32,000 nt of DNA, taken from Methanopyrus kandleri AV19 (GTDB taxonomy: Archaea > JAADCQ01 > Methanopyri > Methanopyrales > Methanopyraceae). Shown here in pieces: positions 1-8,975 of this stretch (position 1 is its first letter; each line of letters opens with the position of its first letter). A model generated the notes under the pieces. That model saw only the letters and a program-made list of their open reading frames with translations, had not been told where the DNA came from and did not search any database. Position numbers and translations under genes: made by a program. The stretch is taken from assembly GCF_000007185.1 (NCBI RefSeq), contig NC_003551.1, positions 270,001 through 302,000 of the forward strand, read 5' to 3'.

Positions 1-640
1 CATCTACCGCCAGATCGTATACTTAGCCCAGTAGCGTGTCTATTACAGTTCTTTTTCACAGCATTTGCAGCGTATCCCATGATTCTATTCCCTACAACTA
101 ATAGCTTACCTTATGTGTTGCCATTTACAGTAATCAATGTTTTAATCATTATTAAAGTCCGTAAATTACTTCCCTCTGTTCTTAGAGTAATGTGGATAAC
201 ATGTATAGTTACAATTCTAGCATTAGCTGTGGTTTCCGGAAGTATAGTCGGAGGACGTCTTTTAGTTGTAGTTCCATTACTAACAGCTATGAGTTTAGTT
301 CTACCAGCAGCAAATAGAAACTTATTAGCACTAGGAGCATTATTTGGATATTGTGCGCTAACTATTCATTGGTGGCTTGCAATCATAATACATGGAAATG
401 AAGGTATTAGTACACTACCGGTTTGGGTTCTAAAAGAACATTGGAATATATTCTATAAATCCCTTTGTAATAAAGACGTTATAGCCACTCTACCCGAAGG
501 CTTGCTCCCATTTACATGTACATGGAAACCACGTGAAGTTGCTTACGTAGTTCGAACGTTCCCTGAACCTTACACCTCTATACTGTTGACAGCCAAGGAG
601 GGTAGTGAGATATTACTATACGCACCTCCGGTGCGAGCTG
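1..640. other. low-GC tract at window edge (hand counts about 28-40% GC on 60-nt lines, versus about 60-70% in core genes)
   Basis: Direct base counting of lines 61-120 (24/60 GC) and 121-180 (17/60 GC). The tract covers the 5' half of ORF 79..1053. Confidence 0.7.
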
Positions 641-1053
641 AAAGAGGATACATTGTAAAGAAGTTGCCACCTCCGGGGCGCGTCTGGGTGGCCGGTAACC
701 GCGCTGGGTCACTCCGATGTAACGTCCTGATCGGAGCGGAACGGTACAACCGTCAGGTGATAATACACGTTAACGTGGTTAACTACAGTTGGGTACCTAT
801 ACCCACAATAAACATCAAAGGAAAGCTCCGGAAGAGGGCGATAGTGCTCTCAACACCGAAATCGAGCACGTTACCGGCTATCAATGTCCACCGTATTCCG
901 GAGGGTTTCCTTGTCAGGATCTCGTATTCGCACGGTGTGAGAGTTGTGAAGATAACGATCTCCGGGGCCAGATGGGTTGGTGATAAACTGGTGTTCCACG
1001 GATCTCTGAGGGACCTCATCGCGAACATACGAGTCACCGGCGACTTAGTCTGA
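79..1053 (+). CDS. hypothetical membrane protein (hydrophobic N-terminal about 110 aa, beta-rich C-terminal part)
   Basis: Longest ORF here. It has several hydrophobic helices (VINVLIIIKV, ILALAVVSGSIVGG, ALGALFGYCALTIHWWLAIII). The in-frame stop upstream is at 25-27. No family recognised, and base composition is atypical. Confidence 0.5.
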   Translation: MILFPTTNSLPYVLPFTVINVLIIIKVRKLLPSVLRVMWITCIVTILALAVVSGSIVGGRLLVVVPLLTAMSLVLPAANRNLLALGALFGYCALTIHWWLAIIIHGNEGISTLPVWVLKEHWNIFYKSLCNKDVIATLPEGLLPFTCTWKPREVAYVVRTFPEPYTSILLTAKEGSEILLYAPPVRAERGYIVKKLPPPGRVWVAGNRAGSLRCNVLIGAERYNRQVIIHVNVVNYSWVPIPTINIKGKLRKRAIVLSTPKSSTLPAINVHRIPEGFLVRISYSHGVRVVKITISGARWVGDKLVFHGSLRDLIANIRVTGDLV

Positions 1054-1206
1054 CGGTTGAGAGGGGAACTAGGTCGGGTAAGGCCCCTGTTCGTCATCGC
1101 GTAGCTCCGACGAAACCTCCCTCCTCATCCCCTCGAGTTCGTTCGGGGTGGAACGGTCGGGGAAGCCCAGGTACAGGTCATCAGGGACTCCCCCGGTACG
1201 GCCTCC

Positions 1207-2499
1207 TCATCCCGTGAGCCGATCGAGTGCCTCTTCGAAGGCTTCCTCGGTGCGTTCCAGGTCCGTCTCGGTGTGCGCGATGGACAGGAACCAGGCCTCG
1301 TAATTCGAGGCCGCGATCCATACGCCGTGCTCTAACAACTCCCTGTGGAACCGCTTGAACGCATCGTGGTCGGCCGAGTTTACGTCGGCGTAATCTCGGA
1401 CCTCTTCGATCCCGAAGTACACCTGGAACATGGACTCCACTCGGTTCACGACTCCTTCGATGCCACGGTCCTCGAGGCCGTCCTCCAGGGCGGAGGCCAA
1501 CCGCTCCGCCTTCGATGAGAGTTCGTCGTAGGGTCGTTCACGTTCGAGTACCTCGAGCGTCACCAGGCCCGCCGTAGCCGACACCGGGTTGCCGTTGAAC
1601 GTGCCGGCCTGGTATACTTTGCCCTCGGGTGCAACGCGCGACATGTACTCCTCCGGGCCTCCGAAGGCCCCTATCGGGAGCCCTCCTCCCAGGATCTTAC
1701 CCAGGCAGACGAGGTCCGCGTCGATACCGTAGTACTCCTGGGCACCACCCAACTCCAGTCGGAATCCCGTGATCACCTCGTCGAAGATCAGCAACCGCTC
1801 GGTCCCGTCGCAGTACTCGCGAAGTACTTTCAGGAACTCCTCGTCGGGGGGCACACAGCCGGCGTTACCCAGCACGGGTTCCACGATCACCGCACCGATC
1901 TCCTCGTCGAACCTCTCCACGGTCTCCACGAAAGCTTCGACGTCGTTGAACGGGCAGACGAGGGTGTTCTCCGCCACCGACTCCGGGATACCCGGTGAGT
2001 CGGGCGCCCCGAGCTCGGAGGCCCCGGATCCCGCCCGGACGAGCACCGCGTCGTGGGCTCCGTGGTAGCACCCTTCGAACTTCACGATCTTCTCACGGCC
2101 CGTGTACGCGCGGGCGAGCCGTATCGCGCTCATCGTCGCCTCGGTGCCGGTGTTCACCAATCTCACCTTCTCCACGTTCGGAACCAGCTCGACGACTTTC
2201 TCCGCGAGCTTCAGCTCGGGGAGCGTCGGTGTACCGTAGTGGAAGCCCTCCCGCACCCGCTCGACCACGGCCTCTACGACCTCGGGGTGGGCGTGTCCCA
2301 GTATTAACGGACCGAAGGCCAAGCAGTAGTCAATCAGGACGTGTCCGTCCACGGTGTACAGGCGCGAACCCTCGGCCCTTTCGACGTAGAACGGGTACGG
2401 ATCGAACCGTCGGACCGGACTGCTCACGCCGCCCGGCATCACTCGCTCGGCGCGCTTGAAGAGCTCGAGCGACTCGGGGAACTCGTCCTCGTAACCCAA
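1207..2499 (-). CDS. hemL: glutamate-1-semialdehyde 2,1-aminomutase
   Basis: 430 aa with the hallmark N-terminus ...RVMPGGVSSPVRRF... and class-III aminotransferase length and layout. Start codon is TTG. Confidence 0.93.
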   Translation of the reverse strand: MGYEDEFPESLELFKRAERVMPGGVSSPVRRFDPYPFYVERAEGSRLYTVDGHVLIDYCLAFGPLILGHAHPEVVEAVVERVREGFHYGTPTLPELKLAEKVVELVPNVEKVRLVNTGTEATMSAIRLARAYTGREKIVKFEGCYHGAHDAVLVRAGSGASELGAPDSPGIPESVAENTLVCPFNDVEAFVETVERFDEEIGAVIVEPVLGNAGCVPPDEEFLKVLREYCDGTERLLIFDEVITGFRLELGGAQEYYGIDADLVCLGKILGGGLPIGAFGGPEEYMSRVAPEGKVYQAGTFNGNPVSATAGLVTLEVLERERPYDELSSKAERLASALEDGLEDRGIEGVVNRVESMFQVYFGIEEVRDYADVNSADHDAFKRFHRELLEHGVWIAASNYEAWFLSIAHTETDLERTEEAFEEALDRLTG

Positions 2500-2614
2500 G
2501 CTGAGCCCCGATGGGGCATAGGAGCAGGTGCTTAATGAGTGCCTCGCGACTTGCTACGGTATGGAGGGAGTTCCGTGGGACGCCATTCGTTTCGAATTTC
2601 ATAACGATTCGGGT

Positions 2615-2692
<78 letters not shown>

Positions 2693-2722
2693 GCGCCCGT
2701 TCGGGCCACGATCGTCAGCATA

Positions 2723-2730
2723 CTTATATG
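2723..2730 (-). promoter_or_regulatory. candidate TATA box for tRNA-Thr
   Basis: CATATAAG on the minus strand, about 32-38 nt upstream of the mature tRNA 5' end, within otherwise GC-rich sequence. Confidence 0.4.
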
Positions 2731-2911
2731 TTGCGCTGCCGACCGGGCCCGATCGCTCGGTCCCTCGACTCGCTCTCCCGCACCGGTCGAACCGTCGGTA
2801 CCTACCGGGACGGCGGAAGGTGCTGGGGGTAGGAGCGGCACTCGTCCAACTCCGCGTCTCCGGGGACGGGACGAGGGACGGCGCACCACCTCCGGCCGAC
2901 CGGACGGGTCG

Positions 2912-3391
2912 CTATTCACCCTCCAGCTCCCGCAGCCGCCGGACCATCTTGACGGCGGCTTCTACGGCGCGCTTGGCGTAGTGAACGCGCTCCAGGGCCT
3001 CCATCCTGGTCATGCCCGGACCGGAGATACCTAACGCCACGGGCTTACCGTACTCGACCATCAGATCCTGTATCTTCCTGAACGCCTGTTGCGCGATAGC
3101 CTGGTCGTGGTCGGTGTCACCCTTGATGATCGCACCTAGGGTCACGACGGCGTCGATGTCGTCGCGCTCGAGGAGCTTCCTGACCGCCAACGGTACCTCG
3201 AAGGATCCGGGGACGAGGACGCGTTCGACGACCTTCGCCCCAAGATCCTTGGCGTGTTGGACCGCGAGCTCCTCCATCGCGTAGGTTATCTCCCGGTTGA
3301 ATTCCGTCACGACGAGACCCAGTCGTATCTCCGACACCTGACACACCCCGACGGCTCCGCGCTCCGACACGTCCAAAACCCCTACGGTCAC
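2912..3391 (-). CDS. ribH: 6,7-dimethyl-8-ribityllumazine synthase
   Basis: [13 protein letters not shown]...[14 protein letters not shown]...[16 protein letters not shown] is typical of archaeal RibH. The true start may be the internal GTG (VSEIRLG, about 3337). Confidence 0.88.
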   Translation of the reverse strand: MTVGVLDVSERGAVGVCQVSEIRLGLVVTEFNREITYAMEELAVQHAKDLGAKVVERVLVPGSFEVPLAVRKLLERDDIDAVVTLGAIIKGDTDHDQAIAQQAFRKIQDLMVEYGKPVALGISGPGMTRMEALERVHYAKRAVEAAVKMVRRLRELEGE

Positions 3392-3411
3392 CAGTCGGTG
3401 GGGGGACGGTA

Positions 3412-4092
3412 TTGGCCGAAGACGATAAGGTCTTTCGACGCGCCCGTGAGCGCCTGGTGGAGCGGTTGAAGTCCCTGGGTTACATTAGATCGAACCGCGT
3501 GGCCGAGGCCATGCTCAAGGTGCCGCGTCACGAGTTCGTTCCGGAGGATCTCCGCGATCGGGCCTACGTCGACTCGCCCTTACCCATCGGCAGGGGACAG
3601 ACCATCTCGGCCCCGCACATGGTGGCGATCATGACCGAGTTGCTCGACCCACGGCCCGGACACAAGGTGCTCGAGGTGGGGGCGGGTTCGGGGTACCACG
3701 CCGCCGTGGTAGCCGAACTGGTGAAACCCGACGGTCGTGTGATCACGGTCGAGAGGATCCCGGAGCTCGCGGACTTCGCCCGGAATAACCTGAAGAAAAC
3801 CGGATACGACCGTTTCGTGAAGGTGTTGGTGGGGGACGGGACCAAGGGCTACCCGCCCGAAGCCCCGTACGACCGTATTCTGGTGACGGCGGGCGCCCCG
3901 GACGTCCCGGAAAGCCTGCTGGAGCAGCTGAAACCGGGAGGGAAGATGGTCATTCCTGTGGGAGACCGGCACATGCAGGAGCTGTGGTTGGTGGAGAAGA
4001 CCGAGGACGGAGAGATCAGGCGTCGTCGGCACGGTGGATGCGCGTTCGTACCGCTCATAGGGGAGGAGGGGTTCCAGGAACCCGAATCTTGA
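3412..4092 (+). CDS. pcm: protein-L-isoaspartate O-methyltransferase
   Basis: PRHEFVP...[11 protein letters not shown]...[16 protein letters not shown]-binding motif, 226 aa. TTG start preceded by a GGGGGGA SD-like run. Confidence 0.92.
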   Translation: MAEDDKVFRRARERLVERLKSLGYIRSNRVAEAMLKVPRHEFVPEDLRDRAYVDSPLPIGRGQTISAPHMVAIMTELLDPRPGHKVLEVGAGSGYHAAVVAELVKPDGRVITVERIPELADFARNNLKKTGYDRFVKVLVGDGTKGYPPEAPYDRILVTAGAPDVPESLLEQLKPGGKMVIPVGDRHMQELWLVEKTEDGEIRRRRHGGCAFVPLIGEEGFQEPES

Positions 4093-4182
4093 CCCACTCT
4101 AGAGGATATGTACGACCCCGGGGATGAGGAGACCGGCAGGAGGAGACCGAGATGATCGAGGACCCCGATACCCGACCCGGGG

Positions 4183-4878
4183 GTGAAGACCATGGCTAAA
4201 GTCCCTGATCGCGTGCTGAACCGCTCCGAAGTCGCCCAGAACCCACACCGGGCCGTGGGCGAGTACGTCGAGGCCGTGGTGGTGCAGATCAAGGGAGATC
4301 AGGGTATCCAGCTGGAGCTCGGCCTACCGTTCGGCGTGTTCCTACCGGCCGGAGCGATCCGAGCGGCCCTAGACTGGCCCGAACCGGTGGATTTGGAGCT
4401 GCTATTCATACCCGGAGAAGAGCTGATCGTCAAACTCGAGGACCTGGATCTTAAGAACAAGGTAGCCCGTGTATGGATCCCGGACTTCGAGGTGGAACGG
4501 CTCCGAGTGAGGCTCGGAGAGAAGCCGCCTCGCCGCGTGATCGAGATCATGACCAGGGAGGAGTTCTTCGATCTGATCACCGAGGGTCTGAAAACCGCCG
4601 AGATACGGCCGTCCGACCACCGATCGTTCAGGTACCTGGAGCCAGGCGATACGCTCGTGTTCAAGAACTTCAAGGCCGGCACCATGCGCTGCATCGAGAC
4701 GGTGGTCAGGAACGTCGAGAAGGATCTCGACCCCAAGGAGGCCGCCGAGCGGTTCTATCAGGAGGCCGGATTCGAGAGCCCCGAGGAGTGTCTAGAGGGA
4801 CTTAAGGAGATGTACGACGGACTGCCCGAGAAGGTCGATGTAGCCGAGTTCGAGCCGGTGAGGGAGTGGGAAGAATGA
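4183..4878 (+). CDS. hypothetical protein with an ASCH-like C-terminal domain (possible S1/OB-like N-terminus)
   Basis: The C-terminal segment EEFFDLITEGLKTAEIRPSDHRSFRYLEPGDTLVF resembles the ASCH fold signature. Third-position GC bias is good. Confidence 0.6.
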   Translation: MKTMAKVPDRVLNRSEVAQNPHRAVGEYVEAVVVQIKGDQGIQLELGLPFGVFLPAGAIRAALDWPEPVDLELLFIPGEELIVKLEDLDLKNKVARVWIPDFEVERLRVRLGEKPPRRVIEIMTREEFFDLITEGLKTAEIRPSDHRSFRYLEPGDTLVFKNFKAGTMRCIETVVRNVEKDLDPKEAAERFYQEAGFESPEECLEGLKEMYDGLPEKVDVAEFEPVREWEE

Positions 4879-5285
4879 AGGAGGAGGTGGCGAAAAGGAT
4901 CGCATCGGAGGTAGCGCCCCGGGTCGACTCGAAGGTAGTGGACAGGATCTACGTGGCCGTACGTGAGGGTACCGAGGAAGACCCGGAACCCGTCGCGAAG
5001 CTCGTCGAGGAAGGAGAGGAAGTGTACGTGGTCTTCATCGGGCTCGAGGAGTCCGAGGACAGCGGTGCCGATAGAACCCTCGTGAATCCCAGGAACCTCG
5101 AAGCTATGACCGTCGATCTAATGGAGTGGGCGAAGGAGGAATTCGAGGATGTCCACGTGTTAATCGGCGGAGTATCCTTCGTCTGGAAGGGTGGCTCGTT
5201 CCGGGATCTCCTACGACGCTACGGTGAGGATCCGGACGACTTCACGGTGATCGAGGAGAAGGCCGTCGGTATTCCGCCCCGCTGA
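4875..5285 (+). CDS. hypothetical acidic protein
   Basis: The ATG overlaps the upstream stop (ATGA at 4875-4878), which suggests translational coupling. No family recognised. Confidence 0.6.
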   Translation: MKEEVAKRIASEVAPRVDSKVVDRIYVAVREGTEEDPEPVAKLVEEGEEVYVVFIGLEESEDSGADRTLVNPRNLEAMTVDLMEWAKEEFEDVHVLIGGVSFVWKGGSFRDLLRRYGEDPDDFTVIEEKAVGIPPR

Positions 5286-5403
5286 TCCGACGCCCGCCGG
5301 AGCTCCTCTAAGGGTATTAGGGAGTTGTCGCGCTTCACGTACTCTGAGCGCGTGGCTCTGGCTCTCCGCACGTCCGCGATACGTCGGCCACCACCTACGG
5401 TGT

Positions 5404-6201
5404 TCACAGATCGTAGGCGCGTCCGTCCCGGGCAGCGACGGTCTCAACGCCGGTCTCGTGCTCAATACGTCTCGCTTCGCGCCCGGGGCCTACCCTGAGC
5501 ATCTTCATTCCGAAATGGGTTATGAAAACTTTCCGAAGTTCGGGTGCTTCCGAAACTAGCTCTATCACGTCGTAGGTGCAAAGATGCCCTCTGATCCTGT
5601 CTGATCCCGGTCTCACGACGTTGACTATGGCGACGGTCACGTCCTCTATCACCTCAAAAAAATCTTCACGGAGTTCCGTGTCTCCGGTGTAGTAAATGGA
5701 GTCGTCCTCTGTTTCGAGACGGAACCCGATGCCGGTAGGATCCCCATGGGTAGTCGGTACCGCTTCGAGTGTTCCGGCCGGTAGGTCGATCTCGTCGCCA
5801 GGTTCGAGCGCCACGACTTCTTCCGGTAAGCTTCGGTGGTAAGCGCTGAGGACGGGACCGTAGTCACCGGAGTCATCGGAATACCCTTCCACCGCGGAAA
5901 CGGAACCCACGAACGTGCCGCGACGTTTAGTCCCGCCGCGTGTCATAGCCTCGACGAGCACCTCGGCTTCGGCGTAGTGATCGGGGTGTGAATGGGAGAC
6001 GAACACGGCGTCGACGGCCGTGGTGGGTCGCCGGGAGAGTCGGGTACTCAGGAGACATCCGGGCCCTGGGTCCACGTGGAGATGGAAGTCGGGAAATTCG
6101 AGACGAAAACCTCCGGTTCTGCGTTTCTGAGTGATCATAGCGAAACGTCCGCCGCCTGTACCGGCGAAGAACACTGTGGGGTTGTCCGTCCACCGGTTCA
6201 A
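5404..6201 (-). CDS. metallo-beta-lactamase fold hydrolase
   Basis: HSHPDH zinc-binding motif (VFVSHSHPDHY) with the expected downstream His/Asp residues. 265 aa. Confidence 0.85.
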   Translation of the reverse strand: MNRWTDNPTVFFAGTGGGRFAMITQKRRTGGFRLEFPDFHLHVDPGPGCLLSTRLSRRPTTAVDAVFVSHSHPDHYAEAEVLVEAMTRGGTKRRGTFVGSVSAVEGYSDDSGDYGPVLSAYHRSLPEEVVALEPGDEIDLPAGTLEAVPTTHGDPTGIGFRLETEDDSIYYTGDTELREDFFEVIEDVTVAIVNVVRPGSDRIRGHLCTYDVIELVSEAPELRKVFITHFGMKMLRVGPGREARRIEHETGVETVAARDGRAYDL

Positions 6202-7166
6202 CGTCTCGTTCGGCAGATTGAGTACCCCGTGATCACGGGCAGGTCCTTTCCATCTATCTTCATTACCCCGTCTTTCACCACCACCCTATCTCCCGGCTCC
6301 ACCTCCTCAGGATTACCTTCGACGGCCATGACGATCTCCTCACCGGGACCGGCGACCACGTCCCCCATGTGCCTGGCGTCGACGTCCTCCGCGAGCCTGA
6401 CGACGATCCGCCGCTCGGGGGGAACGTCCTCCACCCCTTTACCCTCTTCCTCGGTGCCGACCTCGACGACCTCGCCGACGACTCCTTCCTTCAAGATATC
6501 GTAACCTTCCCGGATATGCTTGAGCATCTCCTCGGCGAGTCGCCGTCTGTGCTCGCGGAGCCGTTCGATGTCCTCGTCGATGGCCTTCTGGAGGCGGGCT
6601 CGAGCCAGGGGGTCCGCCTTGCCCTTCACCTCGTACGCATCGTACTCGGAGCTCACGAGGATCGTACCGGAGGACACGTACTCGAAGAGGTCATCCAGGG
6701 CGTTCCGGAGGGATTCCAGGTCGGGTTTCCCTCCGAGCTCGGAGTTCACGAACTCGATCACCAGTTCCTTGACGACCTTGGGGCCTTCCACGATCAGGGC
6801 GGGGCCGCCGAAATTCTTGGAGAGGACCTTTTCCCCTTCAAGCTCAACGATAGCGTGGGCGCCGGGAGTCGCGTAAACGCGGCGCCTCCGAACGCCTTTG
6901 GCCGATCTCACGCCGACTTCTCCGGCCACTACCTCGTCGTTCACTTTCCAGACTTTCTTCCTATCGTCGTGGAACTCGAAGTAACCATCCTCGACGTCGA
7001 GATCTTTCAGGAACGATTCCAATTCTTCTTCGGTCCTTATCTCACCGGAGTACAGTTTTTCTTCCACTTTCCGCATCTTTTCCTCGTCCATACGAGCGAC
7101 TAGGGTGCGACGGTCCCCGGCCACGAGAGCACCGTCCGTCCCGGCGTAGGCCAGTACCAGGGTCAA
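6198..7166 (-). CDS. proteasome-beta-like Ntn-hydrolase homolog, probably DUF2121/connectase family
   Basis: The N-terminus M-T-LVLAYAGTDGALVAGDRR mimics a proteasome beta Thr1 start. Length is about 320 aa with an OB-like C-terminus. The family assignment is from memory of the methanogen connectase family. 4-nt overlap with the downstream MBL gene. Confidence 0.55.
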   Translation of the reverse strand: MTLVLAYAGTDGALVAGDRRTLVARMDEEKMRKVEEKLYSGEIRTEEELESFLKDLDVEDGYFEFHDDRKKVWKVNDEVVAGEVGVRSAKGVRRRRVYATPGAHAIVELEGEKVLSKNFGGPALIVEGPKVVKELVIEFVNSELGGKPDLESLRNALDDLFEYVSSGTILVSSEYDAYEVKGKADPLARARLQKAIDEDIERLREHRRRLAEEMLKHIREGYDILKEGVVGEVVEVGTEEEGKGVEDVPPERRIVVRLAEDVDARHMGDVVAGPGEEIVMAVEGNPEEVEPGDRVVVKDGVMKIDGKDLPVITGYSICRTRR

Positions 7167-7207
7167 CGCGTTCCCTCCCCGCGTTCGGTTGAGATTTCGA
7201 ATTAGTC

Positions 7208-8248
7208 TCAGGCGTATCGGTATATGCAGGCGTCAACGTTCTCCAGATGACGTTCGGCGGCACGTTTACACTCTCGCATAACACAGACCGGCGTGTAACC
7301 GAGGTCCGCTGAGTGGTATTGAGGCACGTGCTGGAGAAGCCGGTAAGGTATACGTTCGTCGATGGAAGCCAGAAACTCCGCGATTTTCTCTACCTCCTCG
7401 GGCGTAATGTACTCGGGCACTACTAGGGTGCTCGGGCGGAGGATCGGTGGATCTTCTCGCGCGAATTCCCGACCGATGATCTCGAGGTTCTTAAACGTGT
7501 ACTCAGGATCGGAGAAGGATAGGGCGTAGTATATCCGTGGGTCGTACGCCTTGACGTCCATGTTGAAACCTCCACCGGACTCGTAGCAGATCTCGGCGAT
7601 TCTGCGCATGAGTTTCGGTCTCAAGCTTCCGTTCGTTTCCAAGCACACGCGAACGCGGAGCTCCTCCCACTCACGTCCGATCTCTATAACCTGGTCGTAA
7701 TGGGGGGTGGGATCACCACCGAAGAAACATACGCACGTCACGTCCGGATCGGAGGCACGACGTTTCAAATCTTCGGCACTCAGCCGCTCACGTTCTACCC
7801 AGTGCTCGTAATTCTGGCAGAAGAAGCAGTGGTGGGTGCAGCCTCCATAGAATACGGCTAAGTTATACCGACCGCGCTCGGGCCCCCGTGTTTCCGTGTA
7901 CTTCGGGTACCCGCGGGAGGTGGCACCGGGGCAGACCCACGCTCCCACGCAGTTGGTGGGGTGGGGGTCCAAATACGCGCGGCCCGCGTGCTCACGGATT
8001 ATCTTACCGCCCTCGTTTCGAACGACGCCACAGTACCCGACCTTCCCTTCGGGTATCCTACACCGGTTCACGCAGGCGCCGCACTCGAGCCCCTCCGACG
8101 GCGGCTCCGGTGGGAGTCCAAGCTCTCTCCTCGCTTCAGCGTGCGCCTCTCGGAGGATCTCTCGGGCTTTATCCCAGCGGTTCAGGATACACTCCCTGCA
8201 CACGCGTAAAAATGAGGATGCGGGATCCCCGCAGAGTTCGCAGGTCAT
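7208..8248 (-). CDS. radical SAM enzyme (PflA-activase-like) with N-terminal Cys-rich region
   Basis: CX3CX2C motif GGCTHHCFFCQN, plus upstream Cys clusters (CELCG...CRECI, CGACVNRC). Confidence 0.85.
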   Translation of the reverse strand: MTCELCGDPASSFLRVCRECILNRWDKAREILREAHAEARRELGLPPEPPSEGLECGACVNRCRIPEGKVGYCGVVRNEGGKIIREHAGRAYLDPHPTNCVGAWVCPGATSRGYPKYTETRGPERGRYNLAVFYGGCTHHCFFCQNYEHWVERERLSAEDLKRRASDPDVTCVCFFGGDPTPHYDQVIEIGREWEELRVRVCLETNGSLRPKLMRRIAEICYESGGGFNMDVKAYDPRIYYALSFSDPEYTFKNLEIIGREFAREDPPILRPSTLVVPEYITPEEVEKIAEFLASIDERIPYRLLQHVPQYHSADLGYTPVCVMRECKRAAERHLENVDACIYRYA

Positions 8249-8508
8249 TCTTCTTCCTCCGTCAACACGTGTCCGACCAGCTTCACGTCGACGTTCACGC
8301 CCTCGAAGGCGGACTCGAGGGTGGCCTTGACCTGCTCCACGATCATCAGTGCGGAGGGACAGAACGGGTTAGTGGGCCGGACGACGACTTCGATGTTCTC
8401 CTCGTCGGCGTTCACCTCCTCGACGAGCCTCATCGAGACTATGTCGAGTCCCGTGTGTGGGTCTTTCACCTTCTTGAGCTCCTTTAACACTTCCTCTTCA
8501 GAGGGCAA
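8245..8508 (-). CDS. DUF59/MIP18-family Fe-S assembly-related protein
   Basis: VKDPHTGLDIVSMRLV...NPFCP motif, 87 aa. 4-nt overlap with the radical SAM gene. Confidence 0.8.
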   Translation of the reverse strand: MPSEEEVLKELKKVKDPHTGLDIVSMRLVEEVNADEENIEVVVRPTNPFCPSALMIVEQVKATLESAFEGVNVDVKLVGHVLTEEEE

Positions 8509-8514
8509 CTCGGT

Positions 8515-8946
8515 TCACCCCCGAGCCTTCCGGAGCACCTCTTTCGCGAACTTACGGGCTTTTTGAACATCTCGTTCGTCGGGGTGTCCTCTGGCGATCA
8601 AGGGTAAGAAAGGGTGCTCTCCCTTTACGGTCAGTTCTCCGATCACCTCTCCGCCGGCTCGTTCGATCTTCTCGCGCATCCATCGGATGGTTTTACCCGG
8701 GTGTAAGGAATACGTGCAGAACAGGGCGACTTTCACGTCGCTCCAGTCGTTGTTGCGCACGAAGTGACGAACCGGCTCCGCCGGTCGGAACGCGTGAACC
8801 GGAGTGCCGAGGAACGCGAGCTCGGCGTCCAAGCGTTCGTTGCCGCTGAGGATCTCGACGAGCGAGGCGTCCGTGGTCGAAGCGATCACTTGGGCGATCA
8901 GTCGCGTGTTTCCCGTCTCCGAAAAGAAGTATACTTTGCGTCTTAT
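8515..8946 (-). CDS. flavodoxin-like protein, probable non-canonical ATA start
   Basis: The flavodoxin phosphate-loop KVYFFSETGNTRL lies upstream of the first canonical start (GTG 8889). In frame upstream are only ATA (8946..8944) and then TGA (8955..8953). A perfect GGAGGTGA SD sits 6 nt before the ATA. Confidence 0.7.
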   Translation of the reverse strand: MRRKVYFFSETGNTRLIAQVIASTTDASLVEILSGNERLDAELAFLGTPVHAFRPAEPVRHFVRNNDWSDVKVALFCTYSLHPGKTIRWMREKIERAGGEVIGELTVKGEHPFLPLIARGHPDERDVQKARKFAKEVLRKARG

Positions 8947-8952
8947 GGCGGC

Positions 8953-8960
8953 TCACCTCC
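8953..8960 (-). promoter_or_regulatory. Shine-Dalgarno GGAGGTGA for the flavodoxin-like gene
   Basis: Minus strand reads GGAGGTGA-GCCGCC-ATA. Confidence 0.6.
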
Positions 8961-8975
8961 GCACGTGATCGGCGA

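Noticed and set aside
4093-4182. C/D-box sRNA candidates in short intergenic regions (e.g. GATGATC at about 4151, ATGATGT at about 21317)
   Set aside because: None has a complete RUGAUGA ... CUGA pair at the proper spacing with terminal complementarity.
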